From NCBI GenBank assembly GCA_001872625.1, contig MNXP01000008.1:38269-102268 (forward strand): a stretch of 64,000 nt of DNA, given 5' to 3'. Every line of letters begins with the position of its first letter. Positions within the stretch are counted from its first letter, which is position 1. Of the stretch, positions 55,506 through 64,000 are shown in pieces. The DNA comes from Bacteroidetes bacterium CG2_30_33_31 (GTDB lineage Bacteria > Bacteroidota > Bacteroidia > Bacteroidales > UBA1556). The translations under genes were made by a program, and so were the position numbers. The notes beneath the pieces are model-generated. The model searched no databases. It saw only the letters and a list, made by a program, of their open reading frames with translations, and had not been told where the DNA came from.

Positions 55506-56051
55506 ATGAAGACAATTAGAATTTTATTAGTATTCCTTTTAGTAGGAACAGTTATGGGTGTAAGTGCCCAAAAGAAAACAAAGGTTGGAACCATTGACTC
55601 GCAAACATTGCTTCAAATGATGCCAGAATATGATTCCATTCAAAAGGTTTATGAAAAGGAATATAACCAAATGCAACAAACTGGACAGCAAATGTATGCC
55701 GACTTGCAAAAACTACAACAGGAATTTGTTGCCAAGCAAGACAGCATGACTTCTTTTATGAAAAGCATGAAAAAGCAAGAAATTGAAGATCTATCAAATA
55801 GAATTCAAACATTTGAACAAAGTGCTCAAACACAATTACAAACTATTATTCAGCAATTACAGCAACCAATCATTGATAAAATTAAAAAAGCAATTGAAAG
55901 CGTAGCTAAGGAAAATTCTTATACTCAAGTGATTGACACTGCTACAGGTGCTCTTCTTTATTTTGATGAATCATTTGATTTGATGCCACAGGTTAAGCTA
56001 AAGCTTGGACTTATTAAGTCTTTACCAGCGACCCCAGCGGGAGGAAATTAA
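55506..56051 (+). CDS. OmpH/Skp-family periplasmic chaperone (second copy)
   Basis: Signal peptide, KVGTIDSQTLL, Q-rich coiled coil. Confidence 0.85.
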   Translation: MKTIRILLVFLLVGTVMGVSAQKKTKVGTIDSQTLLQMMPEYDSIQKVYEKEYNQMQQTGQQMYADLQKLQQEFVAKQDSMTSFMKSMKKQEIEDLSNRIQTFEQSAQTQLQTIIQQLQQPIIDKIKKAIESVAKENSYTQVIDTATGALLYFDESFDLMPQVKLKLGLIKSLPATPAGGN

Positions 56052-56066
56052 ATTCTAATACCCAAG

Positions 56067-56103
56067 AAAAACCCCTATAAATCTTGATTTATAGGGGTTT
56101 TTC
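56067..56103. terminator. Bidirectional Rho-independent terminator between convergent ompH and pepD
   Basis: AAAAACCCCTATAAAT-CTTG-ATTTATAGGGGTTTTT: a perfect 16-bp stem with A and T runs on both sides. Confidence 0.82.
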
Positions 56104-56116
56104 TTTTCTTGTTCAC

Positions 56117-57577
56117 TTATTTCTCTTCTGGTATTCTTCTTAAAAGCTCTACTAACAAATCCCAAAACATTTTTGCTGTGTCAATTTTTATTCTTTCATC
56201 TGGCGAATGAGCTCCTTTGATAGTAGGCCCAAAAGATATCATATCCATAAGTGGATATTTTTTTCCAATAAGACCACACTCCAAGCCAGCGTGTATTGCT
56301 AAAACCTTTGGCTCTTTGTTAAACAATTCTTTATATGCTTTTTTTGTGATCTCAACGATTTCAGATTTCAGGTTAGGAGTCCAACCCGGGTATCCATCGG
56401 TATGTTCAACCTTCCCACCCACAGAAAGGAAATTAGTGCGCACCATCTCACATGCGCTATTGAGGGATGATTCTACTGAACTTCTCTGGCTCGTGGTAAT
56501 TAGAATATTATCGTCTTTCATTTTTACAGACGCCAAATTTGTGGAAGTTTCGACGAAGTTTTCAATATCTTGCGACATTGCTATAACTCCATGAGGACAA
56601 GCATATAGAGAATAAATAAGCTTGTCGAAATTATTGTTAGTAATTACAAAATCGGGTTTCTCAGCAATTAATGTTTTAACGAATAAATTTGGTTCAGTTG
56701 TGTGATATTCGTTCTTGAATTGTTTTTCTAATTCGGTTGTAATTTCAATTATTTTTTCCACATGGTTTTCCTTGATTAATAAGGTGGCGAAAGCTTCTCT
56801 TGCAAGAGCATTGCGTAAATTTCCACCATTAATATCAGATAGTTTTACATTGTACCTAATCTTTATAGCATATAAAACTCTGGTTAAAAGTTTGTTTGCA
56901 TTGGCAAATCCTTTATTGATATCATCGCCCGAATGACCGCCATGAAGGCCTCCAATAATTATTTTAATAGCTTTTTTATCCTTATCTGGAATAATTTTTT
57001 CTATAGGCAATTTTATTATCGTGTCTCGTCCACCAGCACAACCAATAAATAGTTCCCCTTCATCTTCTGAGTCGAGATTTAATAGAATTTTACTTTTTAA
57101 AAAATCCTTTTCCATTGCAAAGGCACCTGTTAAGCCTGTTTCCTCATCCACAGTGAAGAGAGCTTCAATTGGCCCATGTTCGATAGTTTTGTCGGCAAGA
57201 ATTGCCATGCTTGCAGCAATACCAATACCATCATCAGCACCTAAAGTAGTGCCAATAGCTTTTACCCATTCGCCATCTATTTTGGTTTCAATAGAATCAG
57301 TTTCAAAGTTGAAATCAAGGTCAGAATTCTTTTCACAAACCATGTCCATGTGGCATTGAAGTACCACCATTTTGGTATTTTCTCTTCCCAAAGTTGCTGG
57401 TTTATAAATAAGAACATTTCCAATATTGTCCACTGTAGTTTTCAACTTCAGTTTTTTGCCAAAGGCTACTAAAAATTTTCTAATATTTTCTTCTTTCTTT
57501 GAAGGTCTAGGAATTTGCGTTATCTGGTGGAAATATTTCCACAATGGCTTTGGTTCAAGTTGGGTTATATCGTTCAT
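56117..57577 (-). CDS. pepD: Aminoacyl-histidine dipeptidase (M20C, PepD)
   Basis: IPRPSKKEE, LQCHMDMVCEKN, TLGADDGIGIA, FTVDEETGLTGA, GGHSG, HAGLECG. Confidence 0.92.
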   Translation of the reverse strand: MNDITQLEPKPLWKYFHQITQIPRPSKKEENIRKFLVAFGKKLKLKTTVDNIGNVLIYKPATLGRENTKMVVLQCHMDMVCEKNSDLDFNFETDSIETKIDGEWVKAIGTTLGADDGIGIAASMAILADKTIEHGPIEALFTVDEETGLTGAFAMEKDFLKSKILLNLDSEDEGELFIGCAGGRDTIIKLPIEKIIPDKDKKAIKIIIGGLHGGHSGDDINKGFANANKLLTRVLYAIKIRYNVKLSDINGGNLRNALAREAFATLLIKENHVEKIIEITTELEKQFKNEYHTTEPNLFVKTLIAEKPDFVITNNNFDKLIYSLYACPHGVIAMSQDIENFVETSTNLASVKMKDDNILITTSQRSSVESSLNSACEMVRTNFLSVGGKVEHTDGYPGWTPNLKSEIVEITKKAYKELFNKEPKVLAIHAGLECGLIGKKYPLMDMISFGPTIKGAHSPDERIKIDTAKMFWDLLVELLRRIPEEK

Positions 57578-57587
57578 ATTTATTTTA

Positions 57588-58244
57588 TTACAAATAATTT
57601 TTCAATTGTTTAATTGTTTGTTTTGGATTTTCAGATTTAAATATTGCATTTCCAGCAACCAAGATTTTTGCTCCAGCATCTATAATTTTTCTATAATTTT
57701 CTGTATTTACACCTCCATCGACTTCAATTTTGACATTTAGATTTTTTTCTAAAATCATTTTTTTTAGTTTAATGATTTTAGAATACGTATTTTCAATAAA
57801 TTTTTGACCTCCAAAGCCAGGATTTACTGACATTATTAAAACCAAATCCAATTCATTTAATACATCGTCAAGCAAACTTACAGGAGTATGAGGGTTTAAT
57901 GCAACGCCTGCCAACATTCCGTTTTCTTTTATAGCCGAAATTGTACGATGAAGATGATTACATGCCTCATAATGAACACAAAGAATATCAGCTCCAGCTT
58001 TTGCAAAATCTACTATATATCTTTGAGGGTCCACAATCATCAGGTGGACGTCAAGTTTAATTTTTGATTGTTTTTTTATCTGCGAAATAATTGGCCAACC
58101 AAAAGTAATGTTAGGAACGAAAATACCATCCATTATATCGAGGTGGATATATTCGGCTTCGCTTTCATTGAGCATTTTAATTTCATCACTTAAGTATAAA
58201 AAATTGGCAGAAAGTAATGAAGGAGATATTTGTATGTCTGACAT
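57588..58244 (-). CDS. rpe: Ribulose-phosphate 3-epimerase
   Basis: ISPSLLSANF, HLDIMDG.FVPNITFG, MSVNPGFGGQKF, VDGG. Confidence 0.95.
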   Translation of the reverse strand: MSDIQISPSLLSANFLYLSDEIKMLNESEAEYIHLDIMDGIFVPNITFGWPIISQIKKQSKIKLDVHLMIVDPQRYIVDFAKAGADILCVHYEACNHLHRTISAIKENGMLAGVALNPHTPVSLLDDVLNELDLVLIMSVNPGFGGQKFIENTYSKIIKLKKMILEKNLNVKIEVDGGVNTENYRKIIDAGAKILVAGNAIFKSENPKQTIKQLKNYL

Positions 58245-58270
58245 AATTAATTCATTTGAGATTGTAAAAA

Positions 58271-58296
58271 TAAAAAAAAGGCGGATAAACCGCCTT
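58271..58296 (-). terminator. Rho-independent terminator after rpoD
   Basis: Minus-strand AAGGCGG-UUUAU-CCGCCUU followed by U6, 8 nt after the rpoD stop. Confidence 0.75.
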
Positions 58297-58303
58297 AAAA
58301 AAA

Positions 58304-59167
58304 TTAACCCAAATAGGTTTTTAAAATTTTACTTCTCGATGTATGTTTCAACCGTCTGATAGCTTTTTCTTTTATTTGCCTAACTCTTTCTCTAGTTAAG
58401 TCAAATCTTTCTCCAATTTCCTCAAGAGTCATTGGATGTGCGCCATCTAAACCATAGTAAAGCTTTATCACATCAGATTCGCGAACAGTAAGGGTAGAAA
58501 TTGCTCTGCTAATTTCCTTACGTAAAGAATCATAAAGAAGTCCAGTTTCTGGTGTTGGAGTATCATTCTGACGAATTACGTCGTACATATTTGTGTCCTC
58601 ATCCTGAATAAGAGGTGCATCCATTGAGATATGGCGGCCCGAATTTTTCATGGAGTCTTTCACTTCTTTCTCAGTGATATCAAGTTTATCAGCAATTTCA
58701 TCGGGATTTGGTGGTCTCTCAAATATTTGCTCTAAGGAGTTATAAGTCTTGTTGATTTTATTTATTGCTCCAATTTTATTAAGTGGCAATCTCACAATTC
58801 TTGATTGTTCGGCCAAGGCCTGAAGAATGGATTGTCTAATCCACCAAACTGCATAAGAGATGAATTTGAAACCTCTTGTTTCATCAAACCTCTGAGCGGC
58901 TTTTATCAATCCAAGATTACCCTCATTTATTAAATCAGGAAGACTTAAGCCTTGATTTTGGTATTGTTTTGCTACAGAAACCACAAATCGCAGGTTTGCT
59001 TTTGTCAATTTTTCTAAAGCTCTTTGGTCACCTTGTTTAATCTTTTGAGCTAAAGCCACTTCCTCATCAGCAGTAATTAAATCGACACGGCCAATTTCTT
59101 GAAGATATTTATCAAGGCTGGCGGTTTCGCGGTTAGTAACTTGCTTAGATATTTTAAGTTGTCTCAT
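58304..59167 (-). CDS. rpoD: Primary RNA polymerase sigma factor (short Bacteroidota sigma-A)
   Basis: Region 2 ([49 protein letters not shown]) and region 4 ([27 protein letters not shown]). The 287-aa length is typical of the phylum. Confidence 0.95.
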   Translation of the reverse strand: MRQLKISKQVTNRETASLDKYLQEIGRVDLITADEEVALAQKIKQGDQRALEKLTKANLRFVVSVAKQYQNQGLSLPDLINEGNLGLIKAAQRFDETRGFKFISYAVWWIRQSILQALAEQSRIVRLPLNKIGAINKINKTYNSLEQIFERPPNPDEIADKLDITEKEVKDSMKNSGRHISMDAPLIQDEDTNMYDVIRQNDTPTPETGLLYDSLRKEISRAISTLTVRESDVIKLYYGLDGAHPMTLEEIGERFDLTRERVRQIKEKAIRRLKHTSRSKILKTYLG

Positions 59168-59211
59168 TTACAGGTTTTATTTATAATCAAACTATTTCAA
59201 TACGAGTGCCT

Positions 59212-59252
59212 ATATAAAATGTTTCAATGGAAAATTTCTTTTCCATTGAAAC
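59212..59252 (-). terminator. Hairpin terminator after pnp
   Basis: Perfect 14-bp stem GUUUCAAUGGAAAA / UUUUCCAUUGAAAC with a 4-nt loop, 9 nt after the pnp stop, followed by AUUUUAUAUA. Confidence 0.65.
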
Positions 59253-59260
59253 GATTATCT

Positions 59261-61504
59261 TTAGTCGTTATTTCTGCGGAAATTTCTATTTCTATTATCG
59301 CCACCACCATTATTAGGTCTTCTATCGTTGCTTGATTGTGGACGACGTGGTTCGCGATGTTGTTCTTCAGGCATTCCTTCTGGTCTTGGTATCAATGCTT
59401 TATGAGAGAGTTTCATTTTGCTATTTTTAGAATCTACTTCTAAAAGTTTGACATCAATAGTATCACCTTCTCTCAACACATCTTCTACTTTTTCAATTCT
59501 AATCCAGTCAATTTCAGATACATGGAGCAATCCTTCTTTGCCAGGAAGAATCTCAACGAATGCACCATAAGGCATTATACTTTTAACCGTTGCTTTATAA
59601 ACTTCACCAACTTCGGGTACCGAGACTATTCCTTTAATCCAGTTTTTAGCAGCTTCAATGGAGCTTTTATCAGCCGAAAGGATTTCAATTTTCCCTTTTT
59701 CATCTACTTCTTCAATAATAATTGTGGTTTTGGTAACCTTTTGAATTTCTTGAATAATTTTTCCACCTGGTCCAATTACAGCGCCGATAAATTCTTTGTC
59801 GATAAACATTTTTTCTATTCTTGGCACAAAGTCTTTATAATCAGCTCTTGGCGTTGAAATAGTTTCTTCAATTTTACCTAGTATATGAAGTCTTCCTTTT
59901 TTTGCTTGCTCTAAAGCTTCTGCAAGAACTTCAAAAGAGAGTCCTTCAACTTTTATGTCCATTTGGCAGGCAGTAATTCCATCTCTTGTTCCAGTAACTT
60001 TAAAGTCCATATCACCCAAGTGATCTTCATCACCTAAAATATCTGAAAGCACGGCATATTTACCTGTTTGTTCGTCTGTTATCAAACCCATAGCTATGCC
60101 CGAAACAGGTTTTTTAAGTTTTACACCAGCATCCATTAGAGCCATAGTTCCGGCGCAAACAGTAGCCATTGATGAAGAACCATTTGATTCAAGTATATCA
60201 GAAACTATTCTAATAGTGTATGGATTTTCCTCCCCTATTGGAATCATTCTTTTTACAGCTCTTAAAGCTAAGTTTCCATGTCCCACTTCACGGCGTCCCA
60301 CACCACGCATCATGCGCGCTTCTCCTACTGAAAAAGGAGGAAAATTATAATGTAAAATTAAATCGCTTCTACCTTCAAATACAACTCCATCAATAATTTG
60401 CTCATCAAGTTTACTACCTAATGTAACAGTTGTGAGTGATTGAGTTTCACCTCTTGTAAAAATTGCAGAACCATGAGCAGATGGCAAATAATCTACTTCC
60501 GACCAAATTTGACGTATTTCATCTAATTTACGGCCATCTAATCTAATTCTATCTTCTAAAATCATTTTTCTTACCGCCTTCTTTTCAACTGCGTGATAAT
60601 ATCTGCTTATTTGAAAAGCTTTTTCTGCCGCATATTCAGCATCAAGAGTTTCTATAAATTCTTTTTTGATATTTCCAAAAAGCTCAGAGCGCAGGTGTTT
60701 GTCGGCGTTACATTGTTTTGCAACTAAATATGCTTTTTCGAAAAGTTCTTTTTCGATTCTTTCTTTTAGCTCATCGTCATTAGTTTCGTGACAATATTCT
60801 CTTTTAATTAAAGATTTTTCCACTTCTGCCGCCATATCAATTTGAGCTTGGCATTGAACTTTGATTGCTTCATGAGCTACCTTGAAAGCCTGCATCATAA
60901 GGTCTTCTGAAACCTCATTCATTTCTCCTTCTACCATCATAATATTGTCCATGGTAGCAGCAATCATTAATTCCAAATCAGCTTTTTCAGTAATGTCTAT
61001 GGCAGGATTAATAATAAATTCTCCATTATAATATGCAACTCTAACTTCGGAAATTGGGCCATGAAATGGAATATTAGAAACTGTTAATGCGGCGGAAGCA
61101 GCAAGGGCTGCATAAGCATCAGGAGCTACATTTTTTTCGGCAGAAATTAGGGTAACAAGTACTTGAGTTTCTGCATGGTAGTTGTCAGGAAATAGTGGAC
61201 GCAAAGCGCGGTCGATAAGTCTTGATATTAATATTTCATATTCTGAAAGTCTGGCTTCTCTTTTGAAAAAGCCGCCAGGAAATTTTCCTGATGAAGCGTA
61301 TTTTTCTTGGTAGTCAACAGATAATGGCATGAAGTCAACATTTTCTTTGGCTTCTTTACTTGATACAACTGTAGCTAAAAGCATTGTTTTGCCTACTTTA
61401 ACTATTACCGATCCGTCGGCTTGTTTTGCTAATTTGCCAGTCTCGATAGTTACTTCTTGACCATCGGGCAAATTAAAAGACTTTGTAATTACATTTAATG
61501 ACAT
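59261..61504 (-). CDS. pnp: Polyribonucleotide nucleotidyltransferase (PNPase) with Arg/Asn/Gly-rich C-terminal tail
   Basis: Two RNase PH domains, KH ([14 protein letters not shown]) and S1 ([20 protein letters not shown]), plus a ~40-aa tail [36 protein letters not shown]. Confidence 0.97.
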   Translation of the reverse strand: MSLNVITKSFNLPDGQEVTIETGKLAKQADGSVIVKVGKTMLLATVVSSKEAKENVDFMPLSVDYQEKYASSGKFPGGFFKREARLSEYEILISRLIDRALRPLFPDNYHAETQVLVTLISAEKNVAPDAYAALAASAALTVSNIPFHGPISEVRVAYYNGEFIINPAIDITEKADLELMIAATMDNIMMVEGEMNEVSEDLMMQAFKVAHEAIKVQCQAQIDMAAEVEKSLIKREYCHETNDDELKERIEKELFEKAYLVAKQCNADKHLRSELFGNIKKEFIETLDAEYAAEKAFQISRYYHAVEKKAVRKMILEDRIRLDGRKLDEIRQIWSEVDYLPSAHGSAIFTRGETQSLTTVTLGSKLDEQIIDGVVFEGRSDLILHYNFPPFSVGEARMMRGVGRREVGHGNLALRAVKRMIPIGEENPYTIRIVSDILESNGSSSMATVCAGTMALMDAGVKLKKPVSGIAMGLITDEQTGKYAVLSDILGDEDHLGDMDFKVTGTRDGITACQMDIKVEGLSFEVLAEALEQAKKGRLHILGKIEETISTPRADYKDFVPRIEKMFIDKEFIGAVIGPGGKIIQEIQKVTKTTIIIEEVDEKGKIEILSADKSSIEAAKNWIKGIVSVPEVGEVYKATVKSIMPYGAFVEILPGKEGLLHVSEIDWIRIEKVEDVLREGDTIDVKLLEVDSKNSKMKLSHKALIPRPEGMPEEQHREPRRPQSSNDRRPNNGGGDNRNRNFRRNND

Positions 61505-61599
61505 GTTTTCTTATTTATGTGAAATTGTGTTAGTTATCGGGCGAATTCCCAATATTATTTTCTTATATTATTTATTAAAATGCAGATTATATAAAACAC

Positions 61600-61631
61600 A
61601 AAAAAGGTAATTGCTCCCAATCACCTTTTTT
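61600..61631 (-). terminator. rpsO terminator or attenuator hairpin in the rpsO-pnp intergenic region
   Basis: Minus-strand AAAAAAGGUGAUUG-GGAG-CAAUUACCUUUUUU (one G-U pair), 20 nt after the rpsO stop. Confidence 0.65.
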
Positions 61632-61650
61632 GTAGTAAATAATTATAAAA

Positions 61651-61920
61651 TTATTTTCTTATACCAAGTTCTTTTATTACAGCACGATAACGATTGATGT
61701 CGATTTTGACTAAGTAATCAAGTAATCTTCGACGTTTCCCTACTAAAAGCACTAAGGAGCGTTCTGTAGCAAAATCCTTACGATTTTCTTTCATGTGCTC
61801 TGTTAGATGTGTGATGCGTTCGGTAAATAAAGCTATTTGACCTTCGATTGAGCCTGTATCAAACTCACTTTTCCCAAACTTTTTGAAAATTTCTTTCTTT
61901 CTTTCGATTGTTAAATACAT
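61651..61920 (-). CDS. rpsO: 30S ribosomal protein S15
   Basis: 89 aa. GSIEGQIALFTERITHLTEHMKENRKDFATERSLVLLVGKRRRLLDYL. Confidence 0.97.
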   Translation of the reverse strand: MYLTIERKKEIFKKFGKSEFDTGSIEGQIALFTERITHLTEHMKENRKDFATERSLVLLVGKRRRLLDYLVKIDINRYRAVIKELGIRK

Positions 61921-61981
61921 AATCTTAATTAATTTGTTAATAAATATTTAGACCGCCATGACCGTCTAAAATTACGGGGGG

Positions 61982-61989
61982 CAAAAGTA
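61982..61989 (-). promoter_or_regulatory. -7 box TAnnTTTG of rpsO
   Basis: Minus-strand TACTTTTG lies 62 nt upstream of the ATG at 61920. Confidence 0.45.
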
Positions 61990-62047
61990 CAACGGACTTT
62001 TCTATTTACCAAATTTATTTTTTGTTATCTTTGAGCAAAATATCAAT

Positions 62048-64000
62048 ATGAGTTTTAGGGTTTACAAGTCTTCAGCTGGTTCTGGCAAAACTACTACATT
62101 AGTAATGGAATATCTGCAGTTAGCAATAATGAATCCAGAAATTTTTAATTCTATTGTTGGCATTACTTTTACGATAAAGGCTACTAATGAGATGAAATCG
62201 CGAGTAATGGATACTCTTTCAAAAATCGCGCTTTCTGAAGGAAAATTTGACCAAGTTATAAATACTATTTTCTTAAATATTAACAAAGTAAAAGCGACTT
62301 CTGAAGATGAATTTATCGCTAATTCAAAAAAATTACTTCAAAATATACTTCATAATTATTCGAATTTCGCCTTTAGCACAATAGATAGTTTTGTGGTGAA
62401 TATTGTAAAATCCTTCGCATACGATTTAGGTTTGCCAATGGATTTTGAAATTGAACTTGATAAAGAATTAATTATTGAAGAAGCTGTGGCTTCGCTAATT
62501 TCCAAAGCTGGATATGATGAGGATTTAACTCTACATTTAATCCATCATATTGAAAATCAATTGGATGCTACTTCAGATACTCGATTGGATGTTGTGATTG
62601 GAAATTTAGCTCAATTACTTTTTAAGGATTCATTTTCCAATTTTAAAAAAGTTATTGGCACATTAGGCAAAGGTGAAATTAAGGATTTTAGCAATAAAAT
62701 TATTAAGGACTTCAAAAAACTTGAGCTTGAAATTAGTGATATTGGAACAGCTGCCACTAAATTAATTCAATCGAAAAATATCAACTCATCTCATTTTTTT
62801 TACGGAAATAAAGGGATTGCTAAATATTTCGAAAACCTTGAAAACCTAAGTGATAATAATATTATCCCAAATAGTTATGTGGTGAAAACTATTGAGGAAG
62901 ATAACTGGTTTTCGAATAAGTGCAGTCTGGATTCTGAGCTTAGCATATTAGAAATTAAACATCAATTGATTGATTATTATAATATTGTAATTTCAAAAGC
63001 AACAAAATACCTCGACTTATATGTGATTCGAAAAAGTATAGAATCCGTGGCTTTACTTAATGAAGTTGCTATAGAAATTCAGAATTTTTATCAAGAAAAT
63101 TCTGTAATCCATTTGTCGGAAACTGTTGAAAGAATTTCAAATATTGTTTTAAAAGAGCAAATGCCATTTATTTATGAGAGAATTGGAAATGTTAATAGGC
63201 ATTATTTGATTGATGAATTTCAGGATACATCAGTAATACAATGGCAAAGCTTGCTTCCTTTAATCGAAAATTCACTTTCATTTGGATATTTAAATCTAAT
63301 TGTGGGAGATGCAAAACAATCTATTTATCGATGGAGAGGAGGTGATTTTGAGCAATTTGTAGATTTACCAATTATAAAAGGCAGCCACCAAAACTCAATT
63401 TTAAAGGAAAGACAAGACATTTTGAATAGAAATTATGAGGAGAAATTTCTTAATCGCAATTATCGGTCTTGCTTGTCGGTGGTTAAGTTTAATAATGATT
63501 TCTATGAGTATATTAAATCCAAAAATTATACAGATATTATTAGCAAAGTTTATGATAATCACCATCAAGAACCATTTTCTAATAAAAAAGGTTATGTGGA
63601 AATTAGCATTTCCCCTGAGCAAGGCGCTGATAAACTTACAACTTTAAAAAAAATTAATTCAATAATATCAGATTTATTATTTAGAAATTTTAATTATCAA
63701 GATATAGCAATATTGGCCAGAAAAAATGCTAATCTGCTTTTGGTTGCTGATTCGCTTTTAGAGAATTCAATTCCTGTAATTTCTTCACAAAGTTTGCTGT
63801 TGAAGTCTTCATTGCATATTTGTTTTATCATAAATTTTATTTCATGGCTCAATAAATTTGACGATAAAGTTAGTAAAACCGCAGTTATATTCTATCTTAT
63901 TGAGCAAGATATTATTCTTCAAAATGAATTTGATAAATATTTTGACTGCAAAACTCCAGCAGATTTATTGGGATTAATTGCCAAAAGCAAAGAAAAAAGC
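62048..64000 (+). CDS. UvrD/AddA-like superfamily-1 helicase, N-terminal 651 codons (runs off the window end)
   Basis: Absent from the ORF track because it is open at the edge. The ATG at 62048 gives MSFRVYKSSAGSGKTTTLV (Walker A), FSTIDSF, and HYLIDEFQDTSVIQW (motif II). The frame is open to 64000. Confidence 0.85.
   Translation, partial: MSFRVYKSSAGSGKTTTLVMEYLQLAIMNPEIFNSIVGITFTIKATNEMKSRVMDTLSKIALSEGKFDQVINTIFLNINKVKATSEDEFIANSKKLLQNILHNYSNFAFSTIDSFVVNIVKSFAYDLGLPMDFEIELDKELIIEEAVASLISKAGYDEDLTLHLIHHIENQLDATSDTRLDVVIGNLAQLLFKDSFSNFKKVIGTLGKGEIKDFSNKIIKDFKKLELEISDIGTAATKLIQSKNINSSHFFYGNKGIAKYFENLENLSDNNIIPNSYVVKTIEEDNWFSNKCSLDSELSILEIKHQLIDYYNIVISKATKYLDLYVIRKSIESVALLNEVAIEIQNFYQENSVIHLSETVERISNIVLKEQMPFIYERIGNVNRHYLIDEFQDTSVIQWQSLLPLIENSLSFGYLNLIVGDAKQSIYRWRGGDFEQFVDLPIIKGSHQNSILKERQDILNRNYEEKFLNRNYRSCLSVVKFNNDFYEYIKSKNYTDIISKVYDNHHQEPFSNKKGYVEISISPEQGADKLTTLKKINSIISDLLFRNFNYQDIAILARKNANLLLVADSLLENSIPVISSQSLLLKSSLHICFIINFISWLNKFDDKVSKTAVIFYLIEQDIILQNEFDKYFDCKTPADLLGLIAKSKEKS

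Noticed and set aside
62062-62286. 74-aa minus-strand ORF, and the 63401..63647 ORFs on both strands
   Set aside because: They lie within the UvrD/AddA-like helicase frame, which is open from 62048 to the window end and carries the Walker A and DEFQD motifs.
1-64000. Search for mobile elements, prophage genes, tRNA or rRNA genes and defence islands
   Set aside because: I saw no transposase, integrase, phage structural or restriction-modification motifs in any long ORF. No GC-rich tRNA-like cloverleaf segments occur in the intergenic regions. Apart from the repeats listed, I noticed no long direct or inverted repeats flanking any block by eye. A computational repeat search could still reveal short target-site duplications.

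Overview
AT-rich, gene-dense chromosomal segment that is almost certainly from a Bacteroidota genome. Three points support this: T9SS C-terminal sorting domains on several secreted proteins, a TAnnTTTG -7 promoter box in front of most operons with no Shine-Dalgarno sequences, and typical synteny (ileS-dksA-lspA, nadK-DUF6089-uppS-bamA-ompH-ompH, rpsO-pnp-rpoD). Most of the window is housekeeping: acyl-CoA dehydrogenase, folB, rluD, ileS, lspA, Mrp/NifU, rng, recX, frameshifted prfB, nadK, uppS, bamA, skp, pepD, rpe, rpoD, pnp, rpsO. I found no rRNA, tRNA, CRISPR array, transposase or integrase. Accessory content: (i) a 2302-aa modular T9SS adhesin followed by a small graveyard of adhesin gene remnants with in-frame TAG codons; (ii) a T9SS beta-helix protein paired with a TonB-dependent receptor; (iii) an orphan 730-aa protein with an EF-hand-like loop and glycine-zipper membrane segments; (iv) an SQR-like/DUF1641/TusE-DsrC/DsrE sulfur operon, divergent from an Fnr-like regulator across a perfect 19-bp-arm palindrome. 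The best candidate for an undescribed system is (v), a three-gene operon at 35495-40199 (minus strand). It encodes two paralogous secreted pilin-like subunits separated by an intra-operon terminator, then a 1111-aa protein with Ig-like domains, a giant beta-barrel-like region, Cna-B/CarboxypepD_reg-like domains and a SPOR-like domain. Unannotated small features include a 29-aa bS22-like basic peptide gene and a 19-codon uORF overlapping the ileS start. All family assignments come from reading motifs by eye. No searches were run.
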